This document shows, piece by piece, positions 39,002 to 49,306 of a stretch of DNA of 64,000 nucleotides. This DNA comes from Candidatus Kerfeldbacteria bacterium (GTDB lineage: Bacteria > Patescibacteriota > Patescibacteriia > UBA9570 > XYC2-FULL-38-9): NCBI GenBank assembly GCA_043813585.1, contig JBDRKW010000020.1:265034-329033 (forward strand), read 5' to 3'. The notes under the pieces were generated by a model that did not search any database, was not told the DNA's origin, and saw only the letters and a program-made list of their open reading frames with translations. The translations under genes were made by a program, and so were the position numbers. Numbering within the stretch: the stretch's first letter is position 1; every line of letters begins with the position of its first letter.

Positions 39002-39745
39002 TTAATTATTGCGTTCTTCAAGATACGTAATGATTTCCTCAAATCCGTCTTCAGTAACCACGCCGCTTACCCGGTTGCCGTTAAAGAAAAAGGTCGGCGT
39101 ACCTGAGACTCCGGCCTGCAACCCGTCCTGAAAATCCGCCTTAACCTCATCTGTAGTGTCGCCCCTATCAAGGCAATTGTCAAATTGCGCCGTATTCAGC
39201 CCCACGTCGCCTGCAGCCTGTTTTAGGCTGGTGATATCAAGGGCACTAGGGTTTTGAAATAACCGGTCGTAGTACGGCCAAAACTGCCCCTGTTCATGGG
39301 CGCATTGTCCTGCTTCGTGAGCTTTCAACGATTCCGGATGCGCACTTTCCAACGGAAAATCCCTGAACACAAAACGAATATTATCCGGGTGGCGTGCCAG
39401 CATTGCGTTCACGTTAGCGTAGGCGCGCTGGCAATACGGGCATTGAAAATCCTCGAACGCCACAATTGTAATCGCAGCGTCATCCGGTCCGACAGACGGA
39501 TCATCCGCAAAATTATCGACAAACGCATTATCAATATCCTGCACCTCTGTCGTCTGCCCGCTTACCGCTGATACCTCGCCCTCTGAAGCAGCGTTGAAAT
39601 CAAACTCACCTTCCTGTATTTGATTGTATGTCGTATACACCATGCGCCCGAAATAGGCAGCGACAAGAATAACAAAAATGGCGCAAATGAGACCGATGGC
39701 TTTCCACCAACTTGACTTTTTCTGTTCCTGCGGTGATTCTTCCAT
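39002..39745 (-). CDS. DsbA family thioredoxin-fold protein, membrane-anchored
   Basis: N-terminal TM, F.DFQCPYC, RDFPL, GVSGTPTFF.NG. Confidence 0.9.
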   Translation of the reverse strand: MEESPQEQKKSSWWKAIGLICAIFVILVAAYFGRMVYTTYNQIQEGEFDFNAASEGEVSAVSGQTTEVQDIDNAFVDNFADDPSVGPDDAAITIVAFEDFQCPYCQRAYANVNAMLARHPDNIRFVFRDFPLESAHPESLKAHEAGQCAHEQGQFWPYYDRLFQNPSALDITSLKQAAGDVGLNTAQFDNCLDRGDTTDEVKADFQDGLQAGVSGTPTFFFNGNRVSGVVTEDGFEEIITYLEERNN

Positions 39746-39781
39746 ACGCGCTAGTATTTTTCCTATTTTGGTTCAAACCGC

Positions 39782-40729
39782 TTAATGATTTCCAGATTGG
39801 ATGCTGGAAAGCCCATTTACATATTCAATCGCGGATAACGCCGCAATCACGCCCTGGCCGGTGGCAATCGCAATTTGCTTGAACGGCATATCTGTGACAT
39901 CGCCTGCAGCGTATAATCCCGCAATGTTGGTCTCCATCTTTGCACTCACCTGTATTCCGTTCCATTTGTCTTTGTTCACCTCATCTCCCGCCATGTCACT
40001 GTTAGGTATCCAGCCAATATGGATAAACGCACCGTCAGCCTCAATCATTTTTTCTTCACCCGACTCCTTGTCTTTATAGGTTAAGGATTTCATCAGCATC
40101 TCGCCTTCAATGCGCTGTGTTTCGCTGTTATAAATAATCGTGACCTTATCGTTTGAGTTCGCTTTATCAATAAGCACCTGGTCCCCTTTGAACTGGCCGT
40201 GGATATTAATAATAGTCACCGCATCTGCAATTTCAGCAAGCATGAGCGCTGACTCAAGAGCGGAGTTACCCCCGCCGATGGTGACGACCTTCTTATTCTT
40301 GAACAGCGGGCCATCGCACGTGGTGCAATAGCTGACGCCCTTGCCGCGGAACTCTTCCTCGCCGGGCACGCCAAGATGCCGCGGATGCACGCCGGTTGCA
40401 ATAATGACGGCCTTTGCCTCATACACAACATCCCCGCCGCTTTTTACAGCCATAACCGCAAATGACCCGTCCTGCTGTTTTTTCACCGTTTGCACCTCTA
40501 CGCCCGTTTCCGGTTCAATTTCATTAAACTTCAACTGATCCTGGAATTTTTCCACCAAATCCGTACCGGTCGTTTGCGAAAACCCCGGATAGTTCAATAC
40601 CTCGCCGGATAACGCTACCTCACCTCCTAAATCTTTCGATACCATGACAAAATCAAGCTTTCGCCGCGCTGCATATACTGCAGCTGCCGTTCCTGCTGCA
40701 GATCCACCGATAATGATCAAATCCTTCAT
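39782..40729 (-). CDS. trxB: Thioredoxin-disulfide reductase
   Basis: IIGG..AG, NYPG, GKGVSYCTTCDG, GGGNSALE, AAGDV. Confidence 0.9.
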   Translation of the reverse strand: MKDLIIIGGSAAGTAAAVYAARRKLDFVMVSKDLGGEVALSGEVLNYPGFSQTTGTDLVEKFQDQLKFNEIEPETGVEVQTVKKQQDGSFAVMAVKSGGDVVYEAKAVIIATGVHPRHLGVPGEEEFRGKGVSYCTTCDGPLFKNKKVVTIGGGNSALESALMLAEIADAVTIINIHGQFKGDQVLIDKANSNDKVTIIYNSETQRIEGEMLMKSLTYKDKESGEEKMIEADGAFIHIGWIPNSDMAGDEVNKDKWNGIQVSAKMETNIAGLYAAGDVTDMPFKQIAIATGQGVIAALSAIEYVNGLSSIQSGNH

Positions 40730-40835
40730 AATTTCAATAAATAATGGTGCACATTCCTGACCATTCTACCACACGAAGAGACAACAGTAAAAAGATGGCC
40801 GATACACTCCTCGGTCTGCTAATATTAGCATAATT

Positions 40836-41546
40836 CTACTGATTTAACGCAGCATCGATCGCTTTTGGAAGCTCAACCGATACTGGCGCTCCTTCAACCT
40901 TTGTTCCATTGACGAAAAAGGTCGGTGTTGCATTGACTGAAAGATCGCGCGCCTCGCGAATATCTTCATTCACCAGGTCGGCTGCTTCATCCCCCGTCAC
41001 GCATGAATCAAATGCGGCCATATCAAGCCCGAGATCCTGCGCATACGCTGTAAAGGTGTCGAGCGCGTCATCAACGCTCATCGGCGACCATGTCGCCTGG
41101 TTCTCAAACAGCAAATCATGGTACTCCCAAAACGCGCCCTGCTTAAAGGCGCATTGCGCACCGACGGCCGCGTTGCTTGCATGCTCGTGCTGCGGCAGAG
41201 GAAAGTCGTTGTATTCGAAGCGGATCGCATCGCCATACCGTTCTATGATGTCTTTCACCACAGGCGCGACTCCTGCGCATGCCGGGCACTGGAATTCGCT
41301 GAACTCTTCAACGAGCACCGGTGCGTTATCCGGACCGTGAGAAGGATCGGCGCTCTCGGCGGTTACTGCTGAACTCTCCGGTCTGAATTCAAACCACACA
41401 ATCAGCCCGCCTGCAATGACAATAATAGCGGCCACCGTCCCCCATCGAACCAATGAATTTTTTTTATTTTCCTTGGCAAGCTGTTCGGCCTTTTCCTTGC
41501 GTTTTATTTCGCGCCGTTCGCGCTTTGTTAATCGAAGTTCTTCCAT
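40836..41546 (-). CDS. DsbA family thioredoxin-fold protein, membrane-anchored
   Basis: TM, EFSEFQCPAC, DFPL.QH, VNATPTFFVNG. Confidence 0.9.
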   Translation of the reverse strand: MEELRLTKRERREIKRKEKAEQLAKENKKNSLVRWGTVAAIIVIAGGLIVWFEFRPESSAVTAESADPSHGPDNAPVLVEEFSEFQCPACAGVAPVVKDIIERYGDAIRFEYNDFPLPQHEHASNAAVGAQCAFKQGAFWEYHDLLFENQATWSPMSVDDALDTFTAYAQDLGLDMAAFDSCVTGDEAADLVNEDIREARDLSVNATPTFFVNGTKVEGAPVSVELPKAIDAALNQ

Positions 41547-41552
41547 TGATTA

Positions 41553-42542
41553 TCATTGATAAAGATCTTTGGCTTCATCAAGCGATATCTGCCTGATATC
41601 GGGTGCATGTCCTGCAGCCCCGAATTGTTCCATCCGCTCCTTAATGACCTCGCGCAATGCGTCGCGCGCCGGCCCCAAGTATGAACGCGGGTCAAATTCT
41701 TCCGGATGCTCCTTAAGAACTTTCCTGATCGCACCGGTTATTGCAATACGTCCATCCGTATCCACATTTATTTTCGACACGCCGTGCGGCAGTGTCTTCT
41801 GCAGCTCTCCGATGTCAACGCCTCTGGCATCGGGCATCCTGCCGCCATTATTATTCACAACGTCCACAAGCTCCTTCGGCACGGAAGACGAGCCATGCAT
41901 GACCAACGGCGTATGCGGCAGCTTCTCATGAATCTCCTGCAGCACATCGTGCGCAAGTTTGCACTCGCCTTTGAACTTGAACGCCCCGTGCGACGTTCCG
42001 ATGGCAATCGCCAATGAATCTACCGGAGCTTCCTCAATAAACGTTTTGGCCTGAGCCGGATCGGTTAAATGGATTTCGCCGGAACCGACCTCATCTTCTA
42101 TCCCGCCAAGCGTCCCGATCTCCGCCTCAACTGAAACGCCAAACGGGCGCGCGTACTCCAGCACCTCCTTTGTTACCTTCACATTGTCTTCGTAGCTCTG
42201 CGCAATCTTGCCGGTTTCATCCAGCGAACCGTCGATCATGACGGATGTAAAGCCGAGCTCTATCGCCTGCTTTACCGTTTCCAGGCTGTTGCCGTGGTCC
42301 AAATGCAGAACAACGGGAATCTCCGGATGCTCTTCAACTGCAGCCTGGACGATATTACGAAGATAAATCATGCGCGAATATTTCAGCGCCCCGCGGGATA
42401 CCTGGATGATCACAGGTGATTTCGTTTCGGCAGCCGCGTCGATAATCGCCTGAACCTGTTCCATGTTGTTTGCGTTAAACGCCCCGACAGCGTATCCATT
42501 TTTAAACGCGTGGTCGAGAACAATTTTACCTGGTACAAGCAT
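41553..42542 (-). CDS. fba: Fructose-bisphosphate aldolase class II
   Basis: YAVGAFN, HLDHG, GFTSVM.DGS, VEAEIG.LGG.ED, AIGTSHG, VMHG.S, KIN.DTD. Confidence 0.95.
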   Translation of the reverse strand: MLVPGKIVLDHAFKNGYAVGAFNANNMEQVQAIIDAAAETKSPVIIQVSRGALKYSRMIYLRNIVQAAVEEHPEIPVVLHLDHGNSLETVKQAIELGFTSVMIDGSLDETGKIAQSYEDNVKVTKEVLEYARPFGVSVEAEIGTLGGIEDEVGSGEIHLTDPAQAKTFIEEAPVDSLAIAIGTSHGAFKFKGECKLAHDVLQEIHEKLPHTPLVMHGSSSVPKELVDVVNNNGGRMPDARGVDIGELQKTLPHGVSKINVDTDGRIAITGAIRKVLKEHPEEFDPRSYLGPARDALREVIKERMEQFGAAGHAPDIRQISLDEAKDLYQ

Positions 42543-42574
42543 AATAAAAGTTTGCTAATTGTCTTATGAATGGT

Positions 42575-43549
42575 CTATTGGAAAATCGTGTCCAGCCGTT
42601 CGCGATCCAGCGCATGAATGGAATCAACAAACCGGTAGGTTCCTTCCTGCAGCGACATCACCAGCGTATGTGCGCGCGCTCCACCGCCGAAAAACCGGAC
42701 GCCTGTCAGCATATCGCCGTTCGTCACGCCCGTTGCTGCAAACAGAATATTCTTTCCGGGCGCAAGATCGTTAATGGTCAATACCTTTGTCGGGTCGCTG
42801 ATGCCGGCTGCTTTTAATCGCTTTTCGTCTTCATCATCGCGTACGACAAAGTTTGCCTGCATATGGCCTTTCAAACATTTTAACGCGGATGCAGCCAGCA
42901 CTCCCTCCGGTGCGGCGCCAACGCCCATGACCGCATGCACATTAGGCCCGTGAACAGTTGCCGCTATGGCCGGCATGATATCTCCGTCCTGGATCAGGCG
43001 AATGCGCGCGCCCGTTGCGCGGATCTCTTTGATGAGATCGTCATGGCGGTCGCGTTCCAGCACAACCACGACCAGCTCTTCGACAGTCCGGTCGAGCGCC
43101 TGTGCCAGCGCATGAAGGTTTTCCTTCACCGGCGCATTGATGTCCACTTTTCCTTCTGCTTCCGGGCTGACGATAAGTTTATTCATGTAGATGTCAGGGG
43201 CATGCAATAGGCCGCCTTTCTCCGCCATTGCCATTACTGCAACAGAATTATTTGCCCCAGCCGCGCATAGGTTCGTTCCTTCAAGCGGATCAACCGCAAT
43301 ATCAATTTCGGGCGCGCCTTTCTGTTTGGTACCGACTTTTTCGCCGATATAGAGCATCGGCGCCTCATCGCGTTCGCCCTCGCCGATAACGACCGTTCCG
43401 TTAATATCAAGCTGGTTCAGGCGTTCGCGCATGGCAACAACTGCCGCATCGTCCGCCTCATTTTTTTCGCCTTTGCCCATTAGTCGCGATGCTGCTATTG
43501 CCGCGTCCTCCACGATCCGGACCAAATCAAGCTCTAAAATTTTATGCAT
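42575..43549 (-). CDS. glpX: Class II fructose-1,6-bisphosphatase (possibly also SBPase)
   Basis: VIGEGERDEAPMLYIGE, DIAVDPLEGT, APD.YM.K, DGD, APEGV, ATGVT.G. Confidence 0.95.
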   Translation of the reverse strand: MHKILELDLVRIVEDAAIAASRLMGKGEKNEADDAAVVAMRERLNQLDINGTVVIGEGERDEAPMLYIGEKVGTKQKGAPEIDIAVDPLEGTNLCAAGANNSVAVMAMAEKGGLLHAPDIYMNKLIVSPEAEGKVDINAPVKENLHALAQALDRTVEELVVVVLERDRHDDLIKEIRATGARIRLIQDGDIMPAIAATVHGPNVHAVMGVGAAPEGVLAASALKCLKGHMQANFVVRDDEDEKRLKAAGISDPTKVLTINDLAPGKNILFAATGVTNGDMLTGVRFFGGGARAHTLVMSLQEGTYRFVDSIHALDRERLDTIFQ

Positions 43550-43615
43550 ACGTATCCAAATTTACTGCTTTTTTAGCATACAATAGTATACCATATTCAG
43601 TGCAGACCGGAACAT

Positions 43616-44473
43616 CTACCGCGGAAAACAGCTGAAATCAGACCCATTTGTCAAGCATGTTACCGGCCCGTCCTCATCAGTGCGAAATACTGCACTACCG
43701 AATGACTCCAGGCGCCGAACCACTTCTGCATGCGGATGGCCGAACGTGTTGTCTTTGCCAACAGAAATAAGCGTAATTTGACTGTTCATAATTTCCAACA
43801 ACCGCCTGCTAGTGCTCGTACGGCTGCCGTGATGGCCGGCTTTAAGTATGTCGACTTCAGCAATTTCATCGCCGAAGCGGCCAAGAACCTGCTCTTCTAT
43901 CTCGACCGGAGCATCACCCGTAAACAAGGCAGAAAAATCGCGGTAGCGAAGGAGGAAGACAACGCTGTCGTCATTGATATCAGGGTGGAAATTAGGCGGA
44001 TCGGGATGAAAAAACAGAAGATCAAGGCCCTCCTCCACATGAAGCAACCATCCCTGGTGCGCCTGCAGCACCTCTACGCCGTCCGATGCCCACGTTGCAA
44101 GCTCGTCTGAAAAATTCGTCCCGCTGGCAACGCCGCTTGTTATCAGCGTTTTAATCTCGTACGTATCAGGCAACTCGGTCAATCCGGCAATATGGTCTGC
44201 ATCCTCATGCGATGCAATCATCAGTTCGATCGTATGGTCGGTCGGCGGCATCACGCGGCCGAGCTCCGACACGACGCTTCGGTCCGGACCCCCGTCAACC
44301 ACAATATCCATCCCGCCCGGCGTCCTGATATGGAACGCGTCCCCCTGCCCGACATCCAGCATGTGAATTTCCAGTTGGTCGCTTGTGGCCGGAACCCATT
44401 GGCCGCGAACATACGCGACAAATGAAAGAACGAGCACAATAATGATGGTAACTGATGGTATCGAACGCTTCAT
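43616..44473 (-). CDS. ComEC C-terminal metallo-beta-lactamase domain protein
   Basis: LDVGQGDA, VDGGP, SHEDADHI.G, ND.S.V, FTGD, LKAGHHGS, ISVG..N.FGHPH; ATGA-coupled to comEC. Confidence 0.9.
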   Translation of the reverse strand: MKRSIPSVTIIIVLVLSFVAYVRGQWVPATSDQLEIHMLDVGQGDAFHIRTPGGMDIVVDGGPDRSVVSELGRVMPPTDHTIELMIASHEDADHIAGLTELPDTYEIKTLITSGVASGTNFSDELATWASDGVEVLQAHQGWLLHVEEGLDLLFFHPDPPNFHPDINDDSVVFLLRYRDFSALFTGDAPVEIEEQVLGRFGDEIAEVDILKAGHHGSRTSTSRRLLEIMNSQITLISVGKDNTFGHPHAEVVRRLESFGSAVFRTDEDGPVTCLTNGSDFSCFPR

Positions 44474-45906
44474 CGCTCTGTTGCCAGTACGCGCACTGCG
44501 GCCAGCACAACAACACCCAGCGCGCCTATGAAGACCAGCGGACTGAATTGCGGGATACTCAATGATGCATTCGGAATCTCGGCCGCCCGTTGAACAACCC
44601 CAACCATGAGATGCAGGGAATAATACAGCGGGATGCCGGCGAGCGATGCGGCAGCCGGCCAGCATATCGCCGTTATCACAACAATGACAGCCATGGTTAA
44701 TACGATAGGCATCAGCGGGACAAGGATGATATTCAACGGCAGCGCTATCAATGAAAACTGATGGAACGAATACGCAATAACAGGAGCGGTTGCAATAATT
44801 GCACTCAAGGATGTTGCAGCAGCACCGCGCAGTCCAAGAACATTCGGAATGAAGCGGCAGTATCGCTCAAACCGCTTTGAAAAAACAATTATTCCCGCAG
44901 TTGCGCCAAACGACAGCTGAAAGCCGGCATCATAGAATAGCAACAGCGGGTTCAATGCCAGCATGCCCGTTGCAGCCAGCACAAGCAAACGCAGCGACTG
45001 ATTTCGCCGCCCGAACAATTCCGCAACCAGCACCGCGCTGCCAAACATCGCAGCCCTGATTGCAGATGATTGCATGCCGGAAGCGAAGACATACGCAATG
45101 AGAAATAAAATCACTGAAACGATGAGCCAACGTCGTCTGATTCGCATCTGCTTCAGAACTATCGCCGCCATCTGGGTGAGCAGCGATACATGCAATCCGG
45201 AAATGACCAATAAATGCGATGTGCCTGTTGCACGAAAGGCATCCATTATTTCAGCCGGAATTGCGCGCTTGTCCCCGAACAGTGCGCCAAGCACGATGGT
45301 CTGTTCCGGCGGTGCAACAACGTACTGAAACGATGATTTCAATCGCTGCTTCGCATCAAGAATAATTGTCGACAACGACGTTTCGCGGCCGGCAAGATGG
45401 ATACTGGGGCGGTAGCACTGCGCTGTAATGCCGTAACGCTCCAGGTATTTATCGTACCGAAAGCCGTCAAACGGCTCGGGCTGCTCAAGTTCACACGACA
45501 ACTTCACCATGTCGCCAACCCGGTAGCGCGGCTGCAATGATGCGGTTACCAGCACCAGACCGTCTACCGCGTCTGTTTGTACAACCAACCGTTGCGATGA
45601 AAGACGCAGCTCCGGTTCGCGGACGATTATACCGGCAGCCGATTCCACCCAGCCGAACGCTTCAGAATGCACTTGCTCCTGGCGCGCACCTCGCAGCATC
45701 CCTAGCGAACATGCCAATCCACATATTGCAAAAATACAAACAGTCGGCTGCCGCTTTCCCAACAGATAAACCGCAGCTGATACGGCCGCCGCGCCGACCA
45801 ATACATTGAACCGAACATCAAACATCTGACCAGCGCAGATTCCAACAATAAACCCGGCGCAGGCTAGCAGTAGCTTGTTCGATTTATGCAATTGCGAATG
45901 AAACAT
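44470..45906 (-). CDS. comEC: ComEC/Rec2 DNA-uptake channel (OB plus Competence domains)
   Basis: F.Y.KYL, G.SHL.VISGLH, S..RA, NP....D.GFQLSF.AT. Confidence 0.9.
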   Translation of the reverse strand: MFHSQLHKSNKLLLACAGFIVGICAGQMFDVRFNVLVGAAAVSAAVYLLGKRQPTVCIFAICGLACSLGMLRGARQEQVHSEAFGWVESAAGIIVREPELRLSSQRLVVQTDAVDGLVLVTASLQPRYRVGDMVKLSCELEQPEPFDGFRYDKYLERYGITAQCYRPSIHLAGRETSLSTIILDAKQRLKSSFQYVVAPPEQTIVLGALFGDKRAIPAEIMDAFRATGTSHLLVISGLHVSLLTQMAAIVLKQMRIRRRWLIVSVILFLIAYVFASGMQSSAIRAAMFGSAVLVAELFGRRNQSLRLLVLAATGMLALNPLLLFYDAGFQLSFGATAGIIVFSKRFERYCRFIPNVLGLRGAAATSLSAIIATAPVIAYSFHQFSLIALPLNIILVPLMPIVLTMAVIVVITAICWPAAASLAGIPLYYSLHLMVGVVQRAAEIPNASLSIPQFSPLVFIGALGVVVLAAVRVLATER

Positions 45907-45977
45907 AAAACTCTCCCCAAGTCTGCGGGAGAGTTGTCATCTCTGCTATCGTATCAAAATAAAGCGCCTAACGCAAG

Positions 45978-47813
45978 CTATTCCACAGTTACAGACTTTG
46001 CCAGGTTCCTCGGCTGGTCCACATCGCACTTGCGCAATACCGCCGTATGGTAGGCCAGTAGCTGCAGAGGAATAATCGCGAGGATCGGCGTCAGCATCTC
46101 CAGCGTTTTCGGTATTGTAATAACGTCATCTGCAATATCATCGAATTCAGTTGTTCCTTCGGTTGTCAGCACAATAGCCTTTCCATTGCGCGCCCGCAGC
46201 TCCTGCAGATTCGAAAGGTTCTTTTCAAATACGGAATCCTTCGGCGCGATAAATACGGAATAAAACCGGTCGTCGATAAGCGCCAATGGCCCGTGCTTCA
46301 ACTCGCCCGACTGATACCCTTCTGCATGCACATACGAAATCTCCTTCATCTTTTGCGCGCCCTCTTTGGCTGTACCAAAGTTATATTTTCGTCCCAGATA
46401 AAATGCATGATCCAGCTTCTGGTATTTTTTTGCGATTTGAAGAATGTCGTCACTTTGTTCGAGTACTTTTTTTATTTTATTCGGCAGCGCCCATAATTCT
46501 TTGGCGATACGCTGTCCGGTAACGACCGACATGCCACGCTGCCGCCCGAGCGCTATTGTCAACAACGCGAACATATTCAGCATGCCGACATATGCCTTTG
46601 TCGATGCGACGGCGATCTCCGGACCCGCATGCACGTACGCACCGCTGTCAACCTCGCGTGCAATGGTTGAACCGACCACATTGACTATTCCGAACGTCAG
46701 CGCGCCATGGCGCTTTGCCTCTCGAAGTGATGCGATCGTGTCCGCGGTTTCGCCTGATTGCGATACAACAATAACCGCGGTCATATCATCTATGACGGGC
46801 TGCCGATACCGAAACTCCGAACCAACCTCCACCTCCACTGAAATCCCGGCATACTCCTCAAGCATATATTCACCGACAGTTGCGGCGTAGGACGCCGATC
46901 CGCAGGCAACAAGAATGATCCGTTTGATTTTCCGCCATTCTTTCTGTTTCTCGATAAATCCACCCAGGTGAGCTAAGCCCTCTTCCGGCAGCAGACGGCC
47001 GCGTAACCCATTTTTTATAACATCCGGCTGCTCCATGATCTCCTTCAGCATAAAATGCGGATAACCCTGTTTTTCCGCTTCGGCAATATCCCATTCAATG
47101 CGGTTCGCGGTCTTTGATACCTCTTTATTATCCAGAGTTTTTATTGAATATCCATCCGGCGTCACTGTTGCAATCTCCCCTTCATCCATGTAAATGACTT
47201 CCCGCGTATACGGAAGGATTGCTGTCACATCAGATGCGATAATGAATTCCCCTTCCCCGATGATTCCAAGAACGAGCGGACTCCCCAGCCGGGCTGCCAC
47301 GATCTTTTCCGGATCGCGGGATGACACTACTGCGATTCCATATGCGCCGACCACTTCCTTTAACGCGGCCTGCACCGCATCCTCGAGGCTGACGCCGTCC
47401 GGATGGTGCATCTCGATAAGATGGGCAAGCACTTCGGTATCTGTTTCAGTGGTAAAGGTATGGTTCTTCTTCTGCAATTTTTTCTTCAGCTCGGGATAAT
47501 TTTCAATTATGCCATTATGGACAATAAACACTTCATCGCGGCAATCTGAATGAGGATGGGCATTCACGTCGCTCGGCTCCCCGTGCGTCGCCCACCGGAT
47601 ATGTCCAATGCCAACAGAACCGGTCACGTCCTGGCTTTCCAGCGCCGATAATAAATTCGACAGCTTGCCCTGGCGCTTGCAGATTTTTACATTCTGATCC
47701 TCCAATATAGCAAGACCGGCAGAGTCATACCCACGGTATTCCATCCGCTTTAAACCCTCAAGAATAACGGGTTTCGCCTGTGATTTTCCCAAATATCCTA
47801 TTATTCCGCACAT
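45978..47813 (-). CDS. glmS: Glutamine--fructose-6-phosphate aminotransferase
   Basis: MCGIIG, EYRGYDSAG, GH.RWATHG, HNGIIEN, SQSGETADT, VASTKA, PRNLAKSVTVE. Confidence 0.98.
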   Translation of the reverse strand: MCGIIGYLGKSQAKPVILEGLKRMEYRGYDSAGLAILEDQNVKICKRQGKLSNLLSALESQDVTGSVGIGHIRWATHGEPSDVNAHPHSDCRDEVFIVHNGIIENYPELKKKLQKKNHTFTTETDTEVLAHLIEMHHPDGVSLEDAVQAALKEVVGAYGIAVVSSRDPEKIVAARLGSPLVLGIIGEGEFIIASDVTAILPYTREVIYMDEGEIATVTPDGYSIKTLDNKEVSKTANRIEWDIAEAEKQGYPHFMLKEIMEQPDVIKNGLRGRLLPEEGLAHLGGFIEKQKEWRKIKRIILVACGSASYAATVGEYMLEEYAGISVEVEVGSEFRYRQPVIDDMTAVIVVSQSGETADTIASLREAKRHGALTFGIVNVVGSTIAREVDSGAYVHAGPEIAVASTKAYVGMLNMFALLTIALGRQRGMSVVTGQRIAKELWALPNKIKKVLEQSDDILQIAKKYQKLDHAFYLGRKYNFGTAKEGAQKMKEISYVHAEGYQSGELKHGPLALIDDRFYSVFIAPKDSVFEKNLSNLQELRARNGKAIVLTTEGTTEFDDIADDVITIPKTLEMLTPILAIIPLQLLAYHTAVLRKCDVDQPRNLAKSVTVE

Positions 47814-47834
47814 AGGATTTGAATTATACGTATT

Positions 47835-48956
47835 TTAATCGTCGTTGGCAATGCCATCTTTCTTCCTTTCACCCTGCTTCCAGCGCAGGTATGCTTCCAT
47901 AAAACCTTCCAAATCGCCATCCAGTACAGCATCCGGATTCTTCACCTCATGCTTCGTCCGGTGGTCTTTGACCATCTTGTACGGATGCAGCACATACGAG
48001 CGGATCTGGCTCCCCCATTCTGCTGAAGAGTATTCGCCGCGCAGCTTCTTCCGCTCTTCTTCGCGCTCAGATTCATACAACTGGTGCAGCCGGCTTTTGA
48101 GAATATGCATGGCGTTCGCCTTGTTCTGCTGCTGTGACCGCTCGCTCTGGCATGTAACTGTTATGTTTGTCGGAATATGGACGATGCGCACCGCTGAATC
48201 GGTCGTGTTCACGCTCTGGCCGCCGTGGCCGCTTGCCCTGAACACGTCGATGCGAAGATCCTGCTCGTCTATGTCAAGCTCAACGTTTTCTCCCAAATCC
48301 GGTATGACTTCAACTAACGCAAAACTGGTATGACGCATCGCCTCCGCGTCAAAAGGAGAAATGCGCACGAGGCGGTGGACACCGTTCTCCGACTGGAGGT
48401 ATCCGTATGCATACCGGCCCTTCACATGTAGAGTCGCGCTCTTTATCCCCGCTTCAGAGCCTTTGGAAATTTCATGGATGGTGGCTTTCCAGCCGCGCCG
48501 TTCGCAAAACCGCAAATACATGCGCAGCAGCATCTCCGCCCAATCCTGGGAATCGGTGCCTCCGGCTCCGGCATGGATCGAAAGTATTGCATCTCTTGAA
48601 TCATGCTCTTCACTCAGCATTAGATAAAACTCCAATTCCTCAAACCGCTTCATCAGTTCTGCCGTTCGCGCATCGATGTCTTTCCTGACCGAAGCGTCCT
48701 TTTCTTGCTCTGCAATCGCGGATAACTCTATAAGGTCGTCAACCTCTTGCTGAATTACTTCCCACTGGCCGACTTCTTCCAGCAGCTCATTCAACTCCTG
48801 GGAACGCTCCTTCGCTTTTTCCTGATCCTTCCAAAAATCCGGCTCTGCTGTTTCGACTTCCAAATCCAAAATCCGCTGCTTCGACTCATCGAGCCGGAGC
48901 AGCTCCCAAGTTCTTTTGATCTTCTTTTTCAGTTGTTGTAAATCGATGGATGCCAT
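47835..48956 (-). CDS. prfB: Peptide chain release factor 2 (single frame, no programmed frameshift)
   Basis: GAGGT.SQDWA.ML.RMY, GVHRLVRISPF (SPF), GGQ.VN, WGSQIRSYV.HPY. Confidence 0.97.
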   Translation of the reverse strand: MASIDLQQLKKKIKRTWELLRLDESKQRILDLEVETAEPDFWKDQEKAKERSQELNELLEEVGQWEVIQQEVDDLIELSAIAEQEKDASVRKDIDARTAELMKRFEELEFYLMLSEEHDSRDAILSIHAGAGGTDSQDWAEMLLRMYLRFCERRGWKATIHEISKGSEAGIKSATLHVKGRYAYGYLQSENGVHRLVRISPFDAEAMRHTSFALVEVIPDLGENVELDIDEQDLRIDVFRASGHGGQSVNTTDSAVRIVHIPTNITVTCQSERSQQQNKANAMHILKSRLHQLYESEREEERKKLRGEYSSAEWGSQIRSYVLHPYKMVKDHRTKHEVKNPDAVLDGDLEGFMEAYLRWKQGERKKDGIANDD

Positions 48957-49034
48957 ATATGCTATTCGTTAACAGAACCGCGCAAACCGATTACAAAAGT
49001 GGCAACAAATGCGATTGCTGCATTCTGCATGGTT

Positions 49035-49295
49035 TCAATTATTATCTGAATCTGACTCTTGTTCTGTCCCCTTTGCAGCATCCGCAGTATCCACGACTTC
49101 CTGTAGGTCTTTCACCATGTTATCGGCGTCTTCATCAGACAAACCGTGCACCATCGCTCCGTTTCCGATCGTGTCGTACATCTTCCCTGGGCAGGTTAAA
49201 CAATAGGCCTCGCCCAAATACTTGCGAAGGACCTCCACTGTATCAGGATACTCATTCAATAGCTCTCCGAAAATGGTTTTTTTTGTGACATTCAT
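49035..49295 (-). CDS. DUF1858-like small CxxC redox-domain protein
   Basis: T....GELL..YP....VL...., CLTCP, TI..GAMVHG. Confidence 0.75.
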   Translation of the reverse strand: MNVTKKTIFGELLNEYPDTVEVLRKYLGEAYCLTCPGKMYDTIGNGAMVHGLSDEDADNMVKDLQEVVDTADAAKGTEQESDSDNN

Positions 49296-49306
49296 ATGAT
49301 TATTGG

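Noticed and set aside
43616-45906. comEC as a frameshifted pseudogene
   Set aside because: The MBL part has its own ATG and hydrophobic N-terminus in an ATGA overlap; a two-gene arrangement is a known natural form.
47814-47834. glmS ribozyme
   Set aside because: Only about 20 nt separate prfB and glmS; there is no room and no motif.
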